From an uncultured bacterium (lineage in GTDB: Bacteria; Patescibacteriota; Minisyncoccia; Minisyncoccales; RBG-13-42-11), in the NCBI GenBank assembly GCA_963790795.1, contig CAWBPO010000001.1, positions 38,675 to 102,674 on the forward strand: DNA of 64,000 nt, written 5' to 3'. The notes beneath the pieces are model-generated. The model was given only the letters and a program-made list of their open reading frames with translations, ran no database searches and had not been told where the DNA came from. Positions within the stretch are counted from its first letter, which is position 1; the number at the start of each line of letters is the position of its first letter. The translations under genes and the position numbers were made by a program. This document shows, piece after piece, positions 40,505 to 52,519 of the stretch.

Positions 40505-40533
40505 CCGAGTACATAACTTAGTTATGTGCTCGG
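40505..40533. repeat. perfect-type palindrome CCGAGTACATAA-cttag-TTATGTGCTCGG (empty-site homolog of the inverted repeats flanking the GIY-YIG gene)
   Basis: 12-bp arms 11/12 complementary; intergenic between the two tail-fibre-like genes. Confidence 0.7.
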
Positions 40534-40541
40534 TGAATTTA

Positions 40542-42761
40542 TTAAATTTGGTCATAAATTAAAAGAAAAATGCTGAAAATTCGAATGGTATTTCCCGAAG
40601 GAACTTTCACTTTTAGCTGCCAATTGTTTTCTGGGGGTTGGATAAAAATACTCAAATTAGGGATACCTTCATCAAGAGAAGAGAGATTCTGGCCAGCAAA
40701 ATAAAATTCGATATCAGTTCCGCCAGTCAAATCAACCAGCCAAGTAGAACTAGCTGAAGTCGAGATACCGTCAGCAAAATTTGTTAAAAAAGAAAATTTT
40801 CTGGTTGCCCCCGGAAGGATATCGGGTAAAGTAGCATTCAAAGTAGAGGTGGAAATTTCTCTTGAAACGGCGACAAATTCGGTGGAAGTGGTTTGGGCTG
40901 GAACCGAATAGATAAAAATTGGGATGCTGGCTTGAAAAACCTTCTCGCCAGATTTTCTTACTGTCGAGTCGGAAGCTCCTGAAATAAAAGTCGCTCCTTT
41001 TACGGTAGCTGAAGAGGCGTCAAAAAGATTAACGCCACCAGCCAACCTAATTTCACCAGTTAAAGAATTTATTACCATTGTTTTTGAGGATAAAAGTTCA
41101 GACGAGGTTGAGTTAATTAAAAACCTTAAATAATTATTATTGTCGTATTCCAAAGTTAATTGAGGAAAAGTGGAAGTAGCTATAGTAAGAGGACCTTCAA
41201 AGCGCCCATCTCCGGCAACGGTGAGAGTAGCCAAGGTGGAGGTAGTGCCAATTCCTATTGCGGAGCCAGTATTATAAAGAAAATAGTCGGCCAGCCAATT
41301 TGTGCCATTATGTCTTAAAGTTTGACCAGCTGTTCCGGAAGGAAGAACGCCTGAAGGTGCGGATTGCCAAGTTCCAAAACCGAAAGCATCTGAGGTTAAA
41401 ATATAACCTGAAGTGGCATTAGTCGGAAATTGAAAACCAAGCATCTTTATTGTTCCAGCCACATCTAACTTTTGAGATGGAGTGGTGGTGCCTATCCCGA
41501 TATTTCCACCACTTTGAGAAACAATAGAATTTCCTAAAGCGGTTTCCCCGGTCCAGACCGAAAAATAATTGGAAGAGCCCGAACCGCTAATACCAGCAAA
41601 ACCTCCTCCTCCCCCTCCTCCTCCCACCGGCAAAGTGCTTAAACATCTGCCGCCTGCCAAATTAGTACAAATATCACCGGTCGCCTGAATTCTTCCGTTA
41701 ACATCGAGAGCATAAACCGGATCTTTTTTCCCTATACCAACATTCCCTGTCGAAGCGATGGTAATTGAAATTCCCTGATAAAGGTCAACTATAGAAGAAT
41801 CATCAATTCTTTGAGGACTAACAAATTTGGCTAATCTATTGAGAGTACCGCCAGGAGTAAGAACTTCTTCACCTAAACCAACGCAATTACCAGTAGAAAG
41901 ACAAACTATGCCTGATTGATTGGGGAAAGTATAAATCCTGTCAGTAGTGAGAGTAGTCAAAGTAAGAAGCCCTTTAAAACCTCCTTTGGTTATAATAAAA
42001 GCAGGAGAGCTTACGGATTCTTTCACATTTAAAGAACCATTAATAGCCGTTTCGGCATTGATAGTAAGATAAGGTTCAATAGGAGGGGTAACAAGAATTT
42101 CTTCTTGGGGAGGAGAAGGTGACAATTGGGTTAATTTTCTAACTTCGCTGCCTATGCTAGCTAAGAAATAGGAAATTGAATCTACAAAATTAATTTTTGC
42201 GTTTATGTTTATAAAGAAAACAATTAAACCAAAAATTAAAACCATAAATATCGGTTTGAGAAAAGAGGATAATCTGAAATGTGGTTTCAGTTTTTTCTCG
42301 GGTTGAACTTCTTCCTTGATCCCAGAAGGTAAACGAGAAGGTGTGTCATATACATGTATAGGCAAAGACGGAGCAAAAGGCGTTTCAAATAACCTTTCTT
42401 CTAAACTTTCTTTCTTTTTCTCTTCTTTTTCTTTCTCTTCTTTTATTTCTCTTTTTATTGTTTGAATGCTTTTTCCAGCTTTTATTTTCCTATTAATTTC
42501 AATTAAAAGCGCTACCGCATCTTCTGGATAAGCTCCTTCTGGATGATTATTATTAAAAGATTTTCTTTGGGCGTGAGGTAAAAGTCCGATTTTTGTATAA
42601 TAACGCAAGCGGTTCCGAGGATCTCCATTCCCAAAAACAACTCCTAATTTTTGAGCCCGGTTAATAATTTCATCAATACTTATTAAATTTTCATCTTCTC
42701 TCCCCATATACTTATTGAACGTGGAGGCTTGACAAATCTTTTGGTTTCTTTTAAACTTCAA
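40542..42761 (-). CDS. membrane protein: N-terminal cytoplasmic MerR-like HTH, single TM helix, extracellular Gly-rich tail-fibre-like domain with shared C-terminal domain
   Basis: N-term ...ISIDEIINRAQKLGVV...RNRLRYYTKIGLLPHAQR...GAYPEDAVALLIEINRKIKAGKSIQTIKREI (MerR-type pattern LRYY..IGLL.P.R...G.Y.EDAV.LL), TM LKPIFMVLIFGLIVFFININ, Gly9 tract, GIGTTTP motifs; track start is TTG, ATG start likely at MGREDEN (~42707). Confidence 0.55.
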   Translation of the reverse strand: MKFKRNQKICQASTFNKYMGREDENLISIDEIINRAQKLGVVFGNGDPRNRLRYYTKIGLLPHAQRKSFNNNHPEGAYPEDAVALLIEINRKIKAGKSIQTIKREIKEEKEKEEKKKESLEERLFETPFAPSLPIHVYDTPSRLPSGIKEEVQPEKKLKPHFRLSSFLKPIFMVLIFGLIVFFININAKINFVDSISYFLASIGSEVRKLTQLSPSPPQEEILVTPPIEPYLTINAETAINGSLNVKESVSSPAFIITKGGFKGLLTLTTLTTDRIYTFPNQSGIVCLSTGNCVGLGEEVLTPGGTLNRLAKFVSPQRIDDSSIVDLYQGISITIASTGNVGIGKKDPVYALDVNGRIQATGDICTNLAGGRCLSTLPVGGGGGGGGFAGISGSGSSNYFSVWTGETALGNSIVSQSGGNIGIGTTTPSQKLDVAGTIKMLGFQFPTNATSGYILTSDAFGFGTWQSAPSGVLPSGTAGQTLRHNGTNWLADYFLYNTGSAIGIGTTSTLATLTVAGDGRFEGPLTIATSTFPQLTLEYDNNNYLRFLINSTSSELLSSKTMVINSLTGEIRLAGGVNLFDASSATVKGATFISGASDSTVRKSGEKVFQASIPIFIYSVPAQTTSTEFVAVSREISTSTLNATLPDILPGATRKFSFLTNFADGISTSASSTWLVDLTGGTDIEFYFAGQNLSSLDEGIPNLSIFIQPPENNWQLKVKVPSGNTIRIFSIFLLIYDQI
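42728..42756 (+). promoter_or_regulatory. consensus sigma70-like promoter (TTGACA - 17 bp - TAAACT) on + strand inside the 5' end of the - strand gene
   Basis: exact -35 hexamer, 17-bp spacer; would fire into the 650-bp AT-rich intergenic region. Confidence 0.3.
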
Positions 42762-42909
42762 ATTAGAAGGCCCGCCATCCCGCCATACAAATTATGGTGA
42801 GACAAAAAAGCGACTAAAAAACTTTTTTCCAACATTTGGCCGTTTTGTGCGGACCTTCTTTTTTTTATACAATTAAATATAGATTCTATATAAATCCTTC
42901 TGAGAAATT

Positions 42910-42930
42910 TTTCCCGTCACGGGAAATTTT
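42910..42930 (+). terminator. hairpin TTTCCCG-tca-CGGGAAA followed by TTTT (intrinsic-terminator-like, + strand)
   Basis: 7-bp perfect stem + U tract; no annotated + strand gene upstream. Confidence 0.35.
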
Positions 42931-43415
42931 GAGATTAGTTCATAATATAAATACCAAAAGGCTCTGTCAAGGGTAAAATTGTGGAAAACTCTAACAACTA
43001 AACAGTGCAAGAATCCCTATATTCTATATTCCAGATTCCCATTCATAATTCTTCATTCTTGATTCATTATTTATTCTCAATTCTCATTTATTTTTTTAAA
43101 AAACATAAAAACATAGAATTATATACAAAGTTTGAAAATTGAACCATATCTAACTTTGCACGTTCTTATATATAAAGTTTGAAAACTGAACCAGAGATAT
43201 ATTATTATCTTTAAACAATTTAAACAACCTCGGGCTTTGTTCAAAACATACTTTAATAGTTCAATTTTTAAACTTTTTTAAAATATACCAAATTTTAGCG
43301 TGCAGGTTTATCAAAAAGATTGGTTTAAAAATTATACACATAGTTTGAAAAACGAACTAAATATGTTATAATTTTAAATGAGACGCTTTTAGCTTTTAAA
43401 CATATAAAATTATCT

Positions 43416-44141
43416 ATGCCTAACGAAATAAAATGCCCAAAATGTTTTAAATCAATTTTTTGGAAAACCAATGATGATCGTTTGAAATGCAAAAACTGCC
43501 ATTATATTTTTACCTTAAGACCCAATCCCCTTAATATTCCAGACAAAATATTAAGCGAGGTTATTTCCGAATTCCTTTTAGAACATTCAACAAATATTAT
43601 TCTAGAAAGAGTAAATATTTCCAAATATAAACTTTTAAAAGTGTTATTTTTTTTAAGAATATTAATAACTAAAGACATTCCCGACAATCTCCGTGAAATA
43701 ATAAAGTTTGATTCGGAAAATTTTACATTAGATAATAAAATCAAAAATCCAATTATCGGCATTCTTTACAAAGAAGAAAAAGTTTATGCTAAAGTTTTAT
43801 CAAATATTAAGCCCGAAGATTTAAAGCTTTTCCTTGGGGCTCAAGAAAAAAAGGAAGTAATTAACTATTCCGAAAATTGGCAAAAATATATCGGCTTGGC
43901 GTTTAGGGGCCGTCTTTATAAAATAACTCCCTCGCAAAATAAAAATCATATTGATGCCCTTGAAACATTCTGGGGATATTTAAAAATGAAGCTATCCTCA
44001 AAAGGAGGAATTCGTAAAGAAAGATTACCTCTTTACCTCGGAGAATATATCTGGAGATACAATCACAGAAAACTAATCTTAAAAGAACAAGGAAAATGCT
44101 TATTAAATCTTGTTTTTCAATATTTTAGGTCCGAAAATTAA
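43416..44141 (+). CDS. compact IS1595-family (ISXO2-like) transposase-like protein with N-terminal Zn ribbon
   Basis: CPKC...KCKNC Zn-ribbon; C-terminal HIDALETFWGYLKMKLSSKGGIRKERLPLYLGEYIWRYNHRKL matches IS1595 DDE C-terminal signature (TNtiEgfWs.lKr...G.yh.vs.khL..Yl.Ef.fRyN.R); only 241 aa, central DDE region divergent (YSENW for YTDEW). Confidence 0.55.
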   Translation: MPNEIKCPKCFKSIFWKTNDDRLKCKNCHYIFTLRPNPLNIPDKILSEVISEFLLEHSTNIILERVNISKYKLLKVLFFLRILITKDIPDNLREIIKFDSENFTLDNKIKNPIIGILYKEEKVYAKVLSNIKPEDLKLFLGAQEKKEVINYSENWQKYIGLAFRGRLYKITPSQNKNHIDALETFWGYLKMKLSSKGGIRKERLPLYLGEYIWRYNHRKLILKEQGKCLLNLVFQYFRSEN

Positions 44142-44157
44142 AAAAGAGAGTGCCTAA

Positions 44158-44241
44158 TAGCGAATCGAAGATTCGATATATCAAACTCCGGTTTGCTATA
44201 GCGAATCTAAGACTAGATATATCAAACTCCGGTTTGCTATA
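44158..44241. repeat. two tandem copies of a ~43-bp element (gcgaa-hairpin-atatatcaaactccggtttgctata)
   Basis: copy 1 hairpin cgaatc-gaa-gattcg; copy 2 partially degenerate; immediately downstream of the IS1595-like gene. Confidence 0.65.
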
Positions 44242-44299
44242 AGGTTAAAGGTTAAAAAGATTTGGTTGTTTTTTCCATTTTTTTATATATAATAAATAA

Positions 44300-45710
<1,411 letters not shown>

Positions 45711-45711
45711 A

Positions 45712-45979
45712 CCGAGCACATAATGTACTATGTTTATCTCATAAGAAATTTAAAAACTGGCAATACCTACATAGGCTCAACTAATGATTTAAAAAGGAGA
45801 CTCCAAGAACATAGAAATAAAAAGCCAGATTTAATTTATTATGAGGCCTACAAAGATGAAATAGATACAAGAGAAAGAGAAAAGAAATTAAAAAAACGCG
45901 ACCAAACAGTCCGAAGATTAAAAGAGAGATTAAAGTATAGCCTTAGAAAACCGAGATATTAAAACTTATGTACTCGGTA
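45712..45979. mobile_element. GIY-YIG gene bounded by 12-bp inverted repeats CCGAGCACATAA (45712-45723) and TTATGTACTCGG (45968-45979): putative miniature GIY-YIG insertion element in the atp operon
   Basis: arms match the 40505-40533 palindrome; ORF start ATG lies within/just after the left arm (cataATGtac). Confidence 0.45.
45723..45962 (+). CDS. small GIY-YIG nuclease-superfamily protein (YhbQ/UPF0213-like)
   Basis: MYYVYLIRNLKTGNTYIGSTNDLKRRLQEH (GIY-...-YIG, R and E catalytic residues); gene sits inside the loop of a 12-bp inverted repeat. Confidence 0.75.
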   Translation: MYYVYLIRNLKTGNTYIGSTNDLKRRLQEHRNKKPDLIYYEAYKDEIDTREREKKLKKRDQTVRRLKERLKYSLRKPRY

Positions 45980-45986
45980 AAAATCA

Positions 45987-46481
45987 ATGAAGGAAATTTT
46001 TGAAAACTTGGTTAAAAAAATAATCACTAAAGATGATTTTTTACTTTTTATTGAGGAAATAAACCTACTTGAGCAGATTGTTTTTAAAAACATAGAGGTA
46101 CCTCTTTGGAAAAGAGTAAAAGGAAAGGTAGGGGAAAAATTTAGAAATGAACTTCAAAAATTAGAAGAAGAGGGCATAATCTCGGCATCTCCTAATCAAC
46201 AATTTTCTTTTTTTGATGAACTCAAAAATTATCTCCAAAAAATACCTCAGGTTAAATTAGAAATCGCCTTCGAACCTTCTGAAGATTTTCTTTTGAGAAT
46301 TAAGAAATGGTTTAAAGAAGAAAATCATCAAGAGGTAATTTTGGACATAACCATAAATCCAAAAATTGTTGGTGGAGCAATAATAGAATATCAAGGAAAT
46401 TGGCGCGATTTTTCATTAGCAAAAGAAATAGATAAATTAACCCCCCACCAAAATTTGGTGGGGGGCAAGTATTATGAGTGA
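45987..46481 (+). CDS. atpH: F-type ATP synthase subunit delta (OSCP)
   Basis: C-terminal ILDITINPKIVGGAIIEYQGNWRDFSLAKEIDKL typical of delta C-terminus. Confidence 0.65.
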   Translation: MKEIFENLVKKIITKDDFLLFIEEINLLEQIVFKNIEVPLWKRVKGKVGEKFRNELQKLEEEGIISASPNQQFSFFDELKNYLQKIPQVKLEIAFEPSEDFLLRIKKWFKEENHQEVILDITINPKIVGGAIIEYQGNWRDFSLAKEIDKLTPHQNLVGGKYYE

Positions 46482-47949
46482 TTTTAAGAGCTTTCTGGAA
46501 AAAACAGGAGAAATAGGTCATATCGTCGGCCTCAGTTACTCCATTGTTTATATCTCTGGCCTTCCTAGCCTGAAAACAGGGGAAATGGTAATCACCGAGA
46601 ATGGAGAAAAAGGCATGGTCCATGAATTAGATAAAGAGATAGCTGAAGTTTTAATGTTTGATACCGGAAAATTAAAAGTTGGGGAAAGGGTAGTTAGAAC
46701 CGACAAGCCCTTTCAAATTCCAGTCTCTCAAGGATTTTTAGGACGAATAATTGACCCCCTTTGCCAGCCAATTGATGGTTTGGGTCCTGTATTTGGAGAA
46801 AAAAAATATTTAAGCATTCAAAGAGAAGCTCCCGGTATCACCCAGAGAGTAAGAGTAAACAAACCCCTGGAGACCGGAGTGATGGTAGTGGATTTATTAG
46901 TCCCTATTGGATATGGTCAAAGAGAATTGGTTATTGGCGACGCAAAAACTGGCAAAACTACTTTTCTTTTGCAAACCGTGGTCAATCAAGCAAAAGAAGG
47001 AATAATCTGTATTTATGTTGGGATTGGAAAAGAAACCTCGGCAGTAAAGATTATTGAAGATTATTTAAAAGAAATGAATGTTTTTGATAAAACAGTGATG
47101 GTAATTGCTACCTCCGAAAATCCCTCTACCATAAATTACCTATCCCCTTTTTCTGGAATGACTATTGCTGAATACTTCCGTGATAGAGGCGAGAAGGTAT
47201 TAATTATTTTTGATGATCTTACTAGCCACGCTAAATTTTATCGGGAAATCTCTCTATTGGTAAAAAGGGTTCCTGGTAGAGCCTCCTATCCTGGGGATAT
47301 CTTTCATATCCAGGCAGCAGTAGTTGAACGAGCCGGAAATATCAAAACTCCAGATAATAAAGAGGTAAGCATTACTGCTTTACCGGTAGCCGAAACTTTA
47401 GAAAATGATATCTCAGGTTATATTCAAACTAATCTGATGGCGATGACCGATGGCCATATTTTTTTTGACATTAATTATTTTAGAGAAAGTAAAAGACCGG
47501 CTATTAATGCTTTTCTTTCGGTCTCAAGGGTAGGGAATCAAACAAAAGAACCTTTAGATAGAGCTTTAGCCGGCTGGATAAAAAGAAATTTAGTTGAATA
47601 TCAAAGAGTAATGGAGCTTTCCCAGTTTGGAGTAGAATTATCTTTGGAAACTCAAAAACTTCTCGACCTGGGAAAGAAATTAGAGATTCTCTTTAATCAG
47701 GGTCCAAAAACAATAATTCCTCGTTCCCTCCAATTATTTCTTTTTGGCTTACTATTTTTCGGTTTTTGGGAAGATAAACCGCAAAATGTAATGAAAGTAG
47801 AAATTGATGAAATATTGAAAAAATATAAAGAAGGAGTTTTCTTTGAGGTAGAAAGTGAAATTAAAAAAATAAAAAATCTAGAGGAACTTAAAAGTTTTAT
47901 TGGAGAAATTATTCCAAAAGTAAAAGAAATTTTATATCTTCCTCTTTAA
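46474..47949 (+). CDS. atpA: F-type ATP synthase subunit alpha
   Basis: Walker A GDAKTGKT (alpha-type GD..TGKT), RELVIGD, N-terminal beta-barrel; 491 aa. Confidence 0.85.
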   Translation: MSDFKSFLEKTGEIGHIVGLSYSIVYISGLPSLKTGEMVITENGEKGMVHELDKEIAEVLMFDTGKLKVGERVVRTDKPFQIPVSQGFLGRIIDPLCQPIDGLGPVFGEKKYLSIQREAPGITQRVRVNKPLETGVMVVDLLVPIGYGQRELVIGDAKTGKTTFLLQTVVNQAKEGIICIYVGIGKETSAVKIIEDYLKEMNVFDKTVMVIATSENPSTINYLSPFSGMTIAEYFRDRGEKVLIIFDDLTSHAKFYREISLLVKRVPGRASYPGDIFHIQAAVVERAGNIKTPDNKEVSITALPVAETLENDISGYIQTNLMAMTDGHIFFDINYFRESKRPAINAFLSVSRVGNQTKEPLDRALAGWIKRNLVEYQRVMELSQFGVELSLETQKLLDLGKKLEILFNQGPKTIIPRSLQLFLFGLLFFGFWEDKPQNVMKVEIDEILKKYKEGVFFEVESEIKKIKNLEELKSFIGEIIPKVKEILYLPL

Positions 47950-47951
47950 AT

Positions 47952-50194
<2,243 letters not shown>

Positions 50195-50196
50195 TT

Positions 50197-50460
50197 ATGG
50201 AAAAAAAATCCCTTCTTGAGGTAAAAGTATTTTGCTCACCGGTTATTGAAAAAGAACCCTTCAGAGGAACAGCCGAAGCAGTTTCTTCTCAAAATAAATT
50301 GGGTAAATTTGATATACTCCCCAGACACACCAATTTTATTACTCTTATTTTTGGAACCTTAACCATTTATACTCCTGATAAAAAAAATTTCGCCTACCAA
50401 TTTGAAAGAGGAGTATTAGAGGTAAGTGAAAATAAAGTAAATGTTTTTTTGGGATTATGA
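50197..50460 (+). CDS. atpC: F-type ATP synthase subunit epsilon (N-terminal beta-sandwich only)
   Basis: 87 aa; LEVKVFCSPVIEKEPFRGTAEAVSSQNKLGKFDILPRHTNFIT pattern. Confidence 0.65.
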   Translation: MEKKSLLEVKVFCSPVIEKEPFRGTAEAVSSQNKLGKFDILPRHTNFITLIFGTLTIYTPDKKNFAYQFERGVLEVSENKVNVFLGL

Positions 50461-50487
50461 AGAAACTTTGCTAAAATAATTAAAAGG

Positions 50488-50880
50488 ATGAAGCCGAAAA
50501 TTCTTATAATTGAAGACGATAAACCGACTATTAATCTTTTTGAAGAAGTTTTCTCAATGGCTGGATTTGAAATTGAAGTTTTGGACTTAGGCCAAAAAGC
50601 AATTGAGAGACTGAAAGAAATTAGGGAAGGAAAAAAAGAAAAGCCGGATTTAATTTTATTAGATTTAATTTTGCCGGATATGAATGGTATTTCAGTTTTA
50701 AAAGAAGCTAGAAAATATCCCGAAACGAAAAACCTTAAAATCTATGCCTTAACTAACTATAGCAACCCCGAATCCAATCAAGAACTTACCAACGAAGGAA
50801 TTGATAAAATTTTAATTAAAGTTCAATATTCCCTCAATGAGTTAATTAAAATAATTAAAGAAGGCCTGAAATCAAAATAA
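50488..50880 (+). CDS. single-domain response regulator (CheY-like receiver)
   Basis: ILIIEDD, phospho-acceptor region DLILLDLILPDMNG, KIYALT. Confidence 0.8.
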   Translation: MKPKILIIEDDKPTINLFEEVFSMAGFEIEVLDLGQKAIERLKEIREGKKEKPDLILLDLILPDMNGISVLKEARKYPETKNLKIYALTNYSNPESNQELTNEGIDKILIKVQYSLNELIKIIKEGLKSK

Positions 50881-50899
50881 TCAAAATTCTTTACTTTTT

Positions 50900-52477
50900 A
50901 TGCAAAAAGAATATTTAATTCTATTTTCTATTTTAATAAGTTTTATAATAGGATTATCTGTATTTGTATATTTAAAAGAGAGAAACAGACAAACTGGGTC
51001 TCATTTTCTAATTTTTGCTATTATTATAACCCTATGGTCTATCTCTTTATATTTTTATAATAATCCTATTTTACTGAGCGCATTTGAATGGTTGAAAATA
51101 ACCTTATCTCTGACGATTGTTGGTATTTTTGAACTTTTTTGTTTTATTATTGTTATTTCCAATATTTCCTTTAAAAAATTTAAGATTTCTTTAATTATAT
51201 CTTTCATTTTAAGTGTAGCTATAATTTTAGCGCTTTTTATAAGTGGTTTGATGATTGAGGAAAAAAGCTATTTGATGATGCTTCATCCCCGATCTGCAAT
51301 CTTTTTTTTATTACTTTTTATCTACGGAGCTTTTGGAGCAGCGATTTTATTTGAAAGGTCCCTTAAAAGTTCAAGTGTCAAACATTTACAGGCTATGTAT
51401 ATATTGGTTGGGTTTGGGTTCTTTTTAATCTCTATTACCGTTTTAAATGTTTTTATTCCTTTAGTTACCGGGTCAAGAGAGTATCTTTGGCTGGGTCCTA
51501 TTTTTGCTCTTTTTTTAGTTGGTTTTTTAGCTTTTGCTATTATTCGTTATTATCTTTTTGAAACCAGGGTCATTTTGATGAAGTTGTTTGTGGGGGCGAT
51601 AGGAACAACTTTGCTAATCTTGCCTTTTTTAATACCGAGTTTTAACTTAAAAATTCTTACTACTATTATTTTTCTTTTATTCTGCATTTTGGGGTATTAC
51701 TTAATTAAAGTAACTCATAAAGAATCTAAAAGAAGAGAAGAAGCGGAAAGATTAGCAAGAGAATGGGAAAAATTGGCTCAAACAAAAGATCAATTTTTAT
51801 TATCGCTTCAACACCACCTCAGAACCCCCGTTGCTCCAATTAAAGGATATTTAGAGATGATTTTAGAAGGAACTTATGGCCGAGAGGAAAACCCTGTCAT
51901 TAGAGAAAAACTCATTGAAATGAAAAAATTAGTTGATACTTTGTATTTTCTAATAGAAAGTTTATTAGATATCCAAGAGTTGAGAATGGGGGGAAAAACT
52001 TTGAATTTAGAAAATTGTCAAATTGAAAATTTAATCGAAAGTATCGTTGAGGAATTAAAACCGCAGGCAGAACAAAAAGGTCTTTACTTAAAGTTTGAAA
52101 AAGTCTCTTTACCAACGATAAAGTTAGACAAAAAGAGAATCAGAGAGGCAATCTGGAACTTAGTTGATAATGCCATTAAATACACAAATCGAGGAGGGGT
52201 TACTATCACATCAAAAATTGAAGATGGAAAATTAAAGATTGCTATTTCTGATACCGGTATTGGTATGGAAAAAGAAGAGATTGAATATTTTTTAAAAGGA
52301 AAGCTTTTTGAAAGAGGAATAGAAGCTAAAAAACTTTACGGTCCTGGTAGAGGAATAGGATTAAGTATCTCTACTGAATTTGTTAAAGCTCACGGCGGTA
52401 AAATCTGGGCGGAATCGGAGGGCTGGGGTAAGGGAACAACTTTTTGGATTGGATTACCAATTTCCTTTTTGCTATAG
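50900..52477 (+). CDS. sensor histidine kinase with 6-7 TM N-terminal sensor domain
   Basis: HisKA H-box LSLQHHLRTP, N box NLVDNAIKYT, G1 DTGIGM, G2 GPGRGIGL. Confidence 0.85.
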   Translation: MQKEYLILFSILISFIIGLSVFVYLKERNRQTGSHFLIFAIIITLWSISLYFYNNPILLSAFEWLKITLSLTIVGIFELFCFIIVISNISFKKFKISLIISFILSVAIILALFISGLMIEEKSYLMMLHPRSAIFFLLLFIYGAFGAAILFERSLKSSSVKHLQAMYILVGFGFFLISITVLNVFIPLVTGSREYLWLGPIFALFLVGFLAFAIIRYYLFETRVILMKLFVGAIGTTLLILPFLIPSFNLKILTTIIFLLFCILGYYLIKVTHKESKRREEAERLAREWEKLAQTKDQFLLSLQHHLRTPVAPIKGYLEMILEGTYGREENPVIREKLIEMKKLVDTLYFLIESLLDIQELRMGGKTLNLENCQIENLIESIVEELKPQAEQKGLYLKFEKVSLPTIKLDKKRIREAIWNLVDNAIKYTNRGGVTITSKIEDGKLKIAISDTGIGMEKEEIEYFLKGKLFERGIEAKKLYGPGRGIGLSISTEFVKAHGGKIWAESEGWGKGTTFWIGLPISFLL

Positions 52478-52516
52478 CGAACTTCGTTCGATATATCAAA
52501 CTGCGGTTTGCTATAG
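52467..52516. repeat. third copy of the tttgctatagcgaa...tatatcaaact.cggtttgctatag element with compensatory hairpin cgaac-ttc-gttcg; overlaps histidine-kinase stop codon
   Basis: flanks conserved, stem differs from 44158 copy by paired changes that preserve complementarity. Confidence 0.65.
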
Positions 52517-52519
52517 GGT

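Noticed and set aside
42770-42800. ggcccgccatcccgcc stretch that superficially resembles a tRNA acceptor/T-arm fragment
   Set aside because: No cloverleaf can be built: no D-arm or anticodon arm partners and no CCA context. It is the 5' leader of the - strand gene.
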